DNA of 58,315 nucleotides, the filler included, from Bipalium vagum (Eukaryota), in assembly GCA_037834085.1 (NCBI GenBank). It is 3 parts of 3 records of this genome, joined end to end, with 100 filler letters (N's around TTAATTAATTAA, not from the genome) between each part and the next. Parts side by side here need not be neighbours in the genome. Positions count along the whole stretch, not along the records: positions 1 to 19,058 come from JBBMKC010012416.1; 2 more parts are not named here. One strand, 5' to 3'. Below the pieces are notes generated by a model that was not told the origin of the DNA, did not search any database, and saw only the letters and a list, made by a program, of their open reading frames with translations. A program made the translations under genes and the position numbers. Below, piece after piece: positions 1-12,400 of the stretch (its first letter is position 1; the number at the start of each line of letters is the position of its first letter).

Positions 1-313
1 TTTATTTAAAAATTTAAAAAACGTAACATTATAATTTTTAAAAACTTTAAATTAAAAACATTTAATAATTGTTAATCTAGACTTGAGATACTTATTTTAA
101 AAAATTCAAACAAACTAATTGTTCGAATCACTCCTTATAATCCTTTTATAAATAATTAAATTCAAATTTTCTATAATAAAGATTGGTGCATTTAAAACGT
201 TCAAAAGTGAAACATCAAAACTCTGGAAAAAATCATAAATATTTTATTTTTATTAAAATATGGAGATATATGCAGTATTAAGCTATTTGAATATAATATT
301 GGTAAGATGATCT

Positions 314-1300
314 CTATTGAAATTTATGCAAGTTCTGCATCATGCCAAAAAGCTTTTCATTACCGCTGTAAGCATTTCTTTTGGAATCTTGCGAATTGCA
401 CCTTTGATAGCATCTTATAAGTCTGTGATGCTTTGCAGGTTGGTTTGATAGACCTTCTTCTTGCAATCGTCCCACAAAAAGAAATCCGGAGCTGTCAAGT
501 CTGGTGATCTGAGTGGTCATCTGAAATTGGCATTCCGCAAGAAAAAATCTTCCTCAAGTATTCCATTACGATCTTTTTGATGTGTGATGTGGCTCCATCT
601 TGTTGAAACCATGTTAAACGAATAGACATACGACGTCGACGCAATTCTGGCACAAAAAACTGCTGTAATATCTCCAAATAACTCTCCCCAGTGACATTTG
701 CACTTTTGCCTTGCATTTTGAAAAATAAGGATCAATGACACACTTGGACGATACTGCACACCATATAGTTACTCGTCCTGGATGTATTTCTTTTTGTGGA
801 TAATGCTTGGGTTTTTATCTGTCCAATAACAAAAATTTTATTTATTCACATTTCCGTTAAGATCAAAATGTGCCTCACCAGACATGAACAAACGGTTTAA
901 CAAGTTCCCATCCTCTTCCACCATACTGATCATCTTTTCGCAGAAATAAAGACGCAAACTGTAGCCAGTTTGCTCTAGTTTACTCACTATTCGCATTTTG
1001 TATGGAAATAAATGCAAATTATAATTTAAAATGCGTTGAACACTTCGTCTGCTGATATTGAGTTGACAAGACAGTCTGCTTGTTGATAATCTCGATTTTT
1101 TTCAATTGCTACGGTTACTGCAGCGATGTTGTCAGCAGTTTGGATGGGACAATTTCTATTTCTTGGTATAATATAAACATTACCCTCACGTTTGAAATGA
1201 TTAATCACACGCCTAATGGTTGTTGTATTCGTTTTTTTTCCACAAACGAATTTTTTCGCTGGACCACAATTGGAGAATGGAATTCAAAAAACAATTTAAT
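314..1300 (-). mobile_element. Degenerate ITm (Tc1/mariner superfamily) transposase, DD41D/DD37D-like
   Basis: Frameshifted minus-strand segments read FMSGEAHFDLNGNVNK, TWFQQDGATSH and PDLTAPDFFLW, which are the three catalytic-motif regions of this transposase group. Outer boundaries are approximate. Confidence 0.85.
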
Positions 1301-1689
1301 TATTTTAATTTTGATTTCTGGATCCATAATTATAATGATTTAAATTTCCACACTGTACTTATTACAAAATGAAACATTAAAACAAATATATTAAACCTGT
1401 TGACAGTTAAAATTTGGATCAAGATTTAGTGGTCTATCTGACTTAAATGTTATATCTGAGTCTTTATTTTATATTACTATACTATAAATGTTGTTGAAAA
1501 TTTTTGAGATAAAAGATTTGATATTTTTTTAAAAATGCTCTCATCTTTTAAAAATAAAAATAATTTTTTTTTCGGAATCTAAATCAAATTTATCTTTAAT
1601 ATTTTCAAAATATTCTTCTGAGATTTGTTCGCATTTTAAAATTTTTTAAAATTAAATGAAAAACATGTAAAAGCTTTTTTGAGTTCCAC

Positions 1690-1935
1690 TAATGTAACAG
1701 TTCTTAGACATCCTCCATACTCACTATATCTATCACTCTTTGAATACTTCTTGTTTGACTGCCTAAATAAGATATTAGCTGGTAAAAATTTCAGATTGAG
1801 CAAATGTTGGATGATACAATAGAAAGAGTCGCTCTTTCTATAGCATCTGATAAATTTGAGTCAGCTTTTCAATAATGGATCGCGAAGTTGGAGATGGTCT
1901 TCCTAACTCATGGTGATTATGTTGATAAAAACCTT
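1690..1935 (+). mobile_element. Mariner transposase C-terminal remnant
   Basis: Reads VLRHPPYSLYLSLFEYFLFDCLNKILAGKNF, a decayed HPPYSPDLAPxDxxLF motif. Confidence 0.7.
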
Positions 1936-3405
1936 CTGGATTAATGTATTACTTTCTTATCTACATGTATTATCATTTTATGTTCTAATTTTTTAAAAAG
2001 AAGTTTTTTTTTATCAACGAAGATATTTTCTAATTATCATTTGGTATTAATTATTTGGTATTATTATTTTCTGTTATTTTTTGTAACTTTAAAAATAAAT
2101 TTAAGGTAAAAAATAAAATGGCAAAACAAACTAAAAGCAGTCAAAAAATAGAATTAAAATAAAAGTGTTCAACATATAATTCTCGAATTTTTATAAATAA
2201 ATAATATATTTAGCATTTTCAAAAAACATTATCATTAAAAAATAATTTGAAAAATATTTATATTTTTAACTAAATAATAATAATTTAATAATAATTCCCA
2301 TTTTAAATTATAAATTTAAAGAGCTTACATGAAATAATAAAACAGAAGTCCAAAACTTTACCATTGTATTAAACCATACAGACAATAATTAGTTTTATAC
2401 GAGACAGCTTAGAAATTCTAGTACTTAATAATGAGACTAATTTATATTTTTTTGACCAAATATAATATTTTGATTAATCAAACAAGTCACTTCAAGATAT
2501 TATTTATTTTCTTTTTTCTCCAGTATAATGAAAGTAATGGAATAATAATTCTAATTTAAATAATATAATTAGAATTATAATAAATATTTATTACTTTCCT
2601 TTTTCCGCAATTAAAACAAGTCTTGAAATAACAACTTTAATTTAGATTATATAATTAATATATTATAATAAATATGTATTATTTTAATTATAATTTCAAG
2701 ACTCTCATCAAAACTCGAAAAAAACTAAAAATGGACCAGATTTTTCTGCACTTTTTATTTTTATTTTTTGCCATTTTTTTATAACAATAGAGTAAAAAGT
2801 AGACTAAGTTTTATTTATTCAAGTATAACTAATTTAACATAGTAACCGACTAGATAAAATATGAAGAAAAAAACAACGGCAAATTCATTAAGTAAAAACA
2901 AACCTCAGTATTGAATTACTGAAGTTAATGACAATTAAAACAAATCTTAAAGTTCTATTCTTCTTCTGAAATATATCACATTTGATATGTATTGATATTT
3001 CTCAAGTTGCACTATTGAATTAATATCAAAATTTCATAATTATATAATTTTTAGTGAATAAAAAACAATATATTTTCATAGTGTGAGAACTGTTGTTTGG
3101 TATCATCTACATATTATGGACAAATTAGAAGTATTTTTTTAAAGGTTTTTGTTTGAATGAAGTTTGGAAGTCTTGTGTCATACTCTTGAATAAATAATAT
3201 AATTGAAATGAAATTATTATTGTTAAGAAAAATATTATTTTTTAAAAATCATTACTGAGAAAAAATAAAATTTTAATAATCCACAAACAAAAGATAAAAA
3301 CCATTATCATTTTATATTTATAACAAGTTATATTAAAAATAACATTGTAACGAATACCAAATGATTTCATAATAATTTCTTTCCAAATCTTGAATAGGAA
3401 ATGTA

Positions 3406-6400
3406 TCAATGAGAATAATTGTAATTAAAATCGTGTATAATTGTTTTTGGACATTCACCAATCTCTCCCAGGGCATTTTTTATGGTATATTTATTTCCAT
3501 AATCTTTCAGAATTTCCACAAATTCGTTTGAGCTTACACCCAACTCTGAAGGACTTGTGATGGATCTGTTACAGAGAACTTGGCCCAGTCTAAGCAAACG
3601 ATATTTAACTAAAATATGATCGTTTATTTTACATTTGAGTATTTTCTGAAGATACTCTCTTACATTTATATTATTAATAATAATATTAATAATTATTTTT
3701 ATTTTTTTTTATTTTTTATTTTTTATTTTTATTATTATTATTTTATATTTTTATTAACATTATTTTCATATTTTTTAATATTAATAATATTTTTATTTTT
3801 TTTAATATTAATATTATTATTTTCCTTAATCTTGTGAACAATATAAATTTATTTTTTGAATATACGCCTTTTATAAAATGAATACAAAATTTATTCAAAT
3901 GTATATTTTCATGGAACATGTTTCGAACTTTTATTTTTCAGTTCTTCATCAGTCAATGTTTTTGATATATTCACATTATAAATCGCTAAATAACGGTATC
4001 TATTATTATTATTATTTAAATTATTATTTTTATTATTTTTTATTTTTATTTTTATGTCAATATTATGATTATTATTTATATTATTATTTTTATTTTTTAA
4101 TATAATAATAACAATTATTATTATCAATATATAAATTTGAAAAATATTTTTGTTTTATAATTATTAATAATAAATTTTTATACGTCAACAATTCAAATTC
4201 TTTCAATTCAGAATTCTTTAAATTATTTTGACGATATTGATAACATCAAAGGAGGACTGACATGTTTTACTTCAACCTGTTTTGATTAATTAAAAATCCC
4301 TTTATACAGTCATTAGTCTAAATATATCATATATATGTTTCAGTATGATATATAAATTAATAAATCATAAAATAATCAGTTTTAATACGGTTATGAAATA
4401 TTGGTTTTATTAATTTCATTTCCTTTATTTAATTAACAGATATCTCTTCCAGAATTACCAACCACCATACAGATCAAAGCTTACTTTCCATTTCTGAGTT
4501 GGACAGTATCGATGAAACGGCATTGTCTGTCATCCCAGGAAGAATGATTGGAATGGATGTAGCAGTTGGAACAAGGAGAGTGGGGAGCAGATTTTGGCTG
4601 ATAATAAATTTATTGACATAGATTATAAAAAGAAAAGATCAACTTGATATTCTAGATTCTCGGTGTCAAGGAAAAGCGGTGTTACTTTTTCTAGTTCATA
4701 GACTCTTGGAAAAGTGCGGTAAATCTAAAAAAATTATTATTATTATTATTAATGATAATAATTTCATTTAATATTGCTAGTCTATTTTGGTAAATTCAAT
4801 TGTCACATAAATAATATTTTGGTTTTCAAATAAAAAATCATTATTAGATATTTTTTCCCTTAATTACACCATTTTTATTATGTATATTAAATTGATTTGC
4901 TTATCACACTCAGTTTAAAAATAGAAAATTAATTAATTTTAATTAAGATATAATATATAATCGGGAATGTTGCTTCTTTTGCCTCATATAATCAATATAA
5001 AAAAAACGAGAGAAAATATTGAAAAGTAAAATTTTCCAGAATTTATTGTCAGATTATTTATTTTTTTATGAAATTAATATATTCATATAAAAGAATTCCC
5101 AATTTCATCTTGGTGAAAAAGTAAAGACGTCAATGATTTTGATTTAATCGCTAAGAAGGATAATAAAATAAAAATAAATATTTAATAAAATTTTTTTTTA
5201 TTCAATTTAATAAAGAACCATTGTTTCTTTGCTGTTTAATTTTTTTTGTTAATTAAAACAAAATATTAAAATGAAATAAAATTAAAATTAAATAAATATT
5301 AATTCAGATTGATTTAAACAAAGATATTATGGTGAGTTGGTTGTGCTGTGTGTTTTGTCAAACAATTTTCACTAACGATCGTGATTACACGATTCGCAGC
5401 GTTTTATTATCTTGGGAGGAAATATAAAAATATGGTAGAAAATTCGAAGGAAATAATGAGGAATATTTTCTTTACAAAATCAGCTGAATTGGAAAATTTT
5501 ATATTATTTATTTTCTAAAATTTTAATTTAATTTTCTATTTATATCTAATGAAATCATTTGCTTTAAAATTTTGCAAAACCATAATAATATTAGAAAATA
5601 TTATATTATTTTTTATTTTTATTTTTGACAACGTGACAAAAATAAAAATATTTGAAATAAATATTTATTTTATTGCAATTTTTAATACTCTGAAATGTTT
5701 TCCAAGTTATTTTAAATGAAAATTTCCAATAATTACGTTTTTTTTACGTTTTTTTTACGTTTTTTTTGTTTTTCCAATAATAATGTTTTGGTGTAAAATA
5801 ATTTAATAATAATGTAATAATATTTCTGAGTTTTAAGATATATGTTTTGAATAATTGAAAACTATCGAGTTTTGATACTTCAATACCATGGTCTTTGAGT
5901 TCTGAAAGATGCTGAAGAAGTGAAATTGATGGAATTTGAAAGTTAAGAAAATGAATGAAACGGAACGGAACTGAAAACCAAAAGATGGAATAAGAAACTG
6001 GTCAAAAATACTAATATAACACATTCGGTTTGGTGAATGAAAGATCTGAATTTCTACTAAAAACCATATGCATTAAAACACTCTATTCAGATGGTTAAAA
6101 GAAATTAATAAAACTATGAAAAATTCTAAAAAATTCAACATTCAGGTCTGGTATAAAATATTTATCCGATTTTTAACTAAGAAAAAGGTTCAATTTACAT
6201 TTTTCTAAGAAATAATATTTATTATTTGTTGTAAAATAATTAATTGTTTTAATAAGTCAATATTATCAATTATCAATTTAATTGTACTAAATTCAAATTT
6301 TAATAATGTTCTCCATTGAAGAATGCAAATTGCTTTACTTGTGGATAAGATCAATCGTATTAGTCAGACGGTATTTAGAACAGGTCACATGGAAAAAGAT

Positions 6401-9400
6401 ACATACAGCGAGGACAATGAGAAAGATATAAGAAAGTAATTACAAAATCCAAAGAGATTGGGAGTATTTATGATAGTTAAAAATATCGAAGACCATCAAT
6501 TGAAAATGAAGAAATATTCGAAATAACCCAGGTTTATGAAGAAACCCATGAGGAATCGCTAAGACGTAAATTATAAAACTTTATTGCTCTAAATCAAAAT
6601 TGTAACGATATAAGTACTTTTTTCTGAATCAATGACATTAATCTTATGAACGTTTAATTTATTACATCATTTCAGGCTTTATTAGATTTCTTGAAATAAA
6701 TGTAACATATCTTAAGATTTCCAATTAGTAAATTAACCTTTTAGAAATTTTGTATAAATTGATACGTAAAACGTTTCTTAATTTTTATTACTCTGAGAAA
6801 ATACATTTTTGTGAGATCCATTCTTCAGTTCATTTTATTGACATCTACATTGTGAAAGCTCTGTTCAGACTTCAAAAGCCAACTGATTAAGTTTTAACAG
6901 TTCGAATGATGTCTGATTAAAAGGTTGATTTTAAGAGCTCTGGCAAAACTCTTTTGCAACATGAAGTTGAACAATGCTATTTAGTAAAAAAAGATTAATA
7001 TGATCGTTCTACTTGTCACTAAAACAACTACCAAAATGATACACTGCACCCTTCTGATCCCAATAAATACACAGCAATGGTTCTTTTCAATCTTTCACAA
7101 CAACTCTGTTGTTGCTGATTGGCAAGAACCGACTCACAAATGTTATGTTTTGACTGTCAACACAATTTTATTTTCAACACTGAACACGATGCGATGCAAT
7201 ATAAATATAAATAAATAAAAAGCTACCATGGAGATATTTTTATCACATCGTAAATAAAACTTTAGAAAATAAATAAAATTTGATATTTTAAAATATGAAA
7301 CCTTAAATCAAAAATTTAGTTTCATTTGTTTTAGTCACTTCATAAGATGATCTCATATTCTACATCTTTATAATGAGCACGTATTCATACTTAAACGTTT
7401 ACCATAATCTTAAAGGATTGAAAGACGATGAGGTTTTCGTGACACTCATCAATAAAAATTGATTACTTAAAAATTCGAGTAAAAATAGTATTATTATAGA
7501 AAAAAAGAAAAAGATGAATGTTAAATTTTAATAATTAATTAAAAAATGTTTTCAAAAAAAGTTGAGAGAACTTTGCAAATGAATTCATCTGAATATTATT
7601 AAGAAATTATTTTTATATTTCTTGTTTCAATATGTATTTATATTTGTGAATAATATAAATTTATTTTTATATTTTTTATTTTAATATAAAATTATATTTT
7701 TTAAAAATATAACATAATTTTTTGTTTTAATATTTATTTTTTTAATAATATAAAATTATTTATATATTTCTTGTTTCAATATATATTTGTATTTGTTAAT
7801 AATATAACATTATATATTTTGTGATTTAATATCTTATTATATTTTTAAATAATAAAACTTTTTTTTGTTTTAATATATATTTATTTTTGTTAGTTATATG
7901 AATTTTTTTTTATATTTTTTCTTTTAATACATATTTATATTTATTAGTAATATGGAATTATTTTTTAAAGATTTCACTTTTATTTATTTTAATGAGAATG
8001 GAAAAAAATAATGAACTAATTTCTATAACTATGAGTTTCAATATTTCATTATTTTTGTAATAATTATTATTATAATCAGTCAACCAAGAAATTTTATATT
8101 TCACCCTGTCTTGATCTGATGACGAGCTCTGACTACCAAGGGGTCGATGAACTTCATATCTCATCAAGGGTGTTAGGTACTAAAATTAGAATTTATTTCT
8201 ATTATGACTGATGGACAATAACTGCCAACTTGTTTCTCATGATCCAGACTTTGAGGAGTTTTTCTTATTTCAAATTCGTCGATCGCTGTTCTTTCAAGAT
8301 GATTTATTTTTCCTCCTCTGCCAAAAATCGTTCAAAACAGAAACTGAAACAAAAACTAACTTCAAAAACCCAAAATGCACTCCAAGTATAGACCAATACT
8401 TCAAATTTTCCGGATTAAGGTGGCTAGTAAAGTACTTAACTGTTGATGAGGTGATCATCGGTTCTTGTACTTTTGATACCAGTGTCGGACTGCCACTTGT
8501 CGAACTTAAGGTAGCATCTCCTAAAATTCTGAACAGTTTTGTTGAGAAAGTCTGATATGATAAATTTATAATAACTCACCTGAGATATAAAAACAATTGA
8601 TTTATGATTTCTTCAGATGAAGGATTCACGATTAATTGTTCATGGGTCACTGCTAAATTCAGACACTGTTTAATCTTGTGCACCACCTCTATAAATTTGG
8701 AAGCTGGAGGGAAATGTTTGCCAGAAAACCCATTGTTACCTGTGTTAAATATAAATTAAATCAAAATTAATAATATTAAAAAATCACTAAGAAATTGTTT
8801 TATCAATAAAAATAATATCGATTAATGAAGAGTACGATTTTTGACCATCATTTTTTATTTATCAATATTATTATTAATCAAATGATTTTAAGTGATCATA
8901 ATTAAAATAATGATTAAAATAAAAATAATGTTTATAAAAATTAAATTTTTTGATAATTATAAATTAATTAACTCCATTCAATATTAGGTTTGTGCGTAAA
9001 TTTTTTTATTTTTCTTCCGATAAATGGAAGCTGTATGAATTTATGTCCATTCAAAGAAGATTCATTTAGTGGACATTACCTTTGAATATTATCAATTATA
9101 GAAATGGCTGTTCACAGGTATGAATGAAAAAAACCGATCACTCACTCAGACCTATTCCGATTTATCAAATAAAAATAGTATTGCTTGTAATCAAGCTAAT
9201 GGTAATGATCAACTTTCTTTATTTGCTCTTGTTGTTCAGTTCTTAACCGTAAGATCACGATCTTCAACTATTTATTTTAAAAACTTTAAAAGAGATTATT
9301 TAATATTTAATAATAATAATAATAATAATAACACTACCCGAATTATGAAAATTATTTTTTTTTATTTAATATTCATTAATGTTTCAAGGTCATTTTGGGG

Positions 9401-12400
9401 ATATCGAAGATGAAAATAGTTTTTTCATATCAGTTCTAGTTTTATTTTAATGTGGTAAGAAATGAATGTCAATGATTGTTTTTATCTATTCAAATGATAT
9501 AATAAACGCAATACAATAAAAATATAATAATGATAATGGATAAAAGATTATTTAGTCGATAGATGCAGATAAAGATTATAGAAAGATAAGAATTATTTTA
9601 TTTAAAATATTTTATATTTTAATAAATAAAATTTTAATTATCTTTCTTTTAAAAAATATGATAAATTATAATTATAATTATATATAATAATTATTATACC
9701 AACCTAATGAATTATTTGATTGTATTTATATAATGTATAAATATATATTTTATAATTTATTAATTAAATTTAATATTTATCAAATATCTCAATAGTAAAA
9801 CTTTGACATTATATATAATTATTTTTAGAAAATATATTTTTACGTTGTATTTTATTTTATTTTCACTTACTTTATTGTTCAGTAAAAATTGTTTACGATT
9901 AAAAAGTAATAAATTATATCTTTATCATTATCTCCTTGACAGTTGTGCTGATATACTATAAAAAGAAGAGTAAATATTTTATTATCATTATAAGTATTTT
10001 TTATTATAATAATTATAATTATTCTTGTAGTTAATTCTTTTTTAAATCGCTTTAAAATCCAATAAAACCACTTCACCAAAACCGTTTGGTATTAATAAGT
10101 CACAAAACCTTAAGTAAACCAAATTGACTCACACTTCGCCCTTATATCAGTCCACTAAAACAAAGAAAACATTATCTCGGATTAATTATAAAATTATCAT
10201 AAGAGATTAAAATTCATTATTTATATTATTGTTATTATCACTAATATTAGTAATAATGCTGAGCTGGATGTCGTTGGTACAGTTACAGAAATAACAGCAA
10301 GTGACAGTAATATCAATGACCATCTTACTGTAGCTAAATTGATTACCATTTTATGCTTCATTCTGACTTTAATACCACCTATTAACTATCATTAAAACAA
10401 ATATAAATCATTGAATGGAAAATTCATATTTCCTGATATTAAAATATCGTAAATTTTCCCTTCAGCTGAAAAAGGAAAAGATCTGATAAAAAGCCAATAT
10501 ATATATTAATATTTATGAAAATATTGGCAAAAATACTCTATCTTATTTCTACTTGGGGTTCACAGGGATCACAATATAAATCAATATTTTAAAACTTGAA
10601 AATATTTATCAGGACTCATTCTTTTGTTGTTTTTATTATTTTTTATTTCTAGTACATAAACAATGTAAAAACCTTCCTTTTGACCAACGGTCACAACAAA
10701 GAATAAGGGTACTGACCATATCAATTGATTGTTGAGTCCTTTTACTATTTGGTAACTTGCTACTTAAAAGAATGGACAGGACAAAACGATTAGTGTCATT
10801 GAAATTGTGAATGAAAGGATTAAGAATAGATGAATAAAAAGGTGAGTGAATTAAAACAAAGATTATTTTAAAAATGAAAATTAATTTCACTGAAAAAATT
10901 TACATTAATCTCAAAAAAATATGTTACGCATTACATTTATTTTCCTTCATAATAAAAATAAACGACACATTATATTTATTTTTATTTAGTTTTCATCAGT
11001 AAAGGCTTTTTATCAATTTAAACAAAGTTTGTTTACAATCTCTGTTATTACTAGACATGTTTCAAACTTTTTATCAGTTCTTCTTCATTTATTAACATTT
11101 AATAAACATTTTAATCCATTAAATGATCCTTTTATTAATTAAAATACTTTATAACATTATCGTTGGTTAAAATTATCATGATTATTCTTTTCTTTAAATA
11201 ATATTTTTTTAATATCCATATTAATTTTACCCAATCGAAATTTGATAAAATATTTATTAAATAATTAAAGACTGAAAAAAAGATTCAAACTTATTTCAGA
11301 ACAAATTTTTGTTAAATTGATAAAAAGCTTCATGTTAAAAAATATATTGATTATGTTCGCAAGATTAAAATTATTAATAACATTACTATATATATATATA
11401 TATTTTTTTTAATTTATAAGTATATTAATATTGAATTTTTAGAATGATCACACTGAATGTGTTTTGATAGTTATTCTTTGGCTTTTTGTATATACATTTG
11501 TAGATATAATGTCAATATGTGCTAATTTGTAATATTCTGTGATATGGATAAAAAACTCTTGATCTCGTAGTTCAAAATAAATTACTCGACTTCATTTTAT
11601 TATAATAATTTTATAAACACCTTTTATTTTATGAGTTTCGTATAAATTTATTTCATTATTTAGGTAGTATTAAGGATAAAAAAAAGATTATTCTTTTTTA
11701 AATATAACAATAACAATAATAATAACAATAATAACAATAATAATAATAATAATAATAATAATTGTAAATATTATAATTATATTAATATTTTGAAATTGAT
11801 CTTAAAGATATAAAAAAGTACTATCGACAATTAAGAATAATTTTAATAACCTAGAATAATTTTTATTATTTTATTAATTTTAATATTGTTTCATTTGTTT
11901 GGCAGGGATTTTTATTCAGAAATGTTGTAAAAAATATAATTAATATTAATGATGATTTATGAAATATTGCATATGAAAAATATTAAAAATCTTTCGTAAA
12001 ACACGACCATTATATAAATAATATATTATATAATATAAATATTTTAACTTATAAAACCATCATAAAATTTTATTATATGGACAAAAATAATAATAATTAT
12101 TATTATTATTTTTTTTTTAATTTATTATTATTATTGTTGTTATTCACAAACACCTACAGAAAGCTAAAAAATCTTTAATCTACGCCTACCTTTTAACACA
12201 TTCGTACATCTAAGTGACATTTACTTAGACTTTCACCCAAGATCTATTATTATAGAAGTAGTTTAAACTAATTTAGATCTGCAAAAATAATTCTAAATNN
12301 NNNNNNNNNNNNNNNNNNNNNNNNNNNNNNNNNNNNNNNNNNNNNNNNNNNNNNNNNNNNNNNNNNNNNNNNNNNNNNNNNNNNNNNNNNNNNNNNNNNN

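Noticed and set aside
3616-4127. ORFs rich in F/Y/I/N (3616-3837, 3878-4105, 3909-4127)
   Set aside because: Translations of AT-rich low-complexity intron sequence and the PLE repeat.
6301-6570. Purine-rich stretch with a CFTCG fragment suggesting a gag zinc knuckle
   Set aside because: Too degenerate; no complete motif or supporting domains.
8211-8555. 114-aa plus-strand ORF
   Set aside because: Antisense shadow of EPS8-like exons.
8983-9010. Solo mariner-like TIR ttaggtttgtgcgtaaa
   Set aside because: No partner TIR or convincing transposase nearby.
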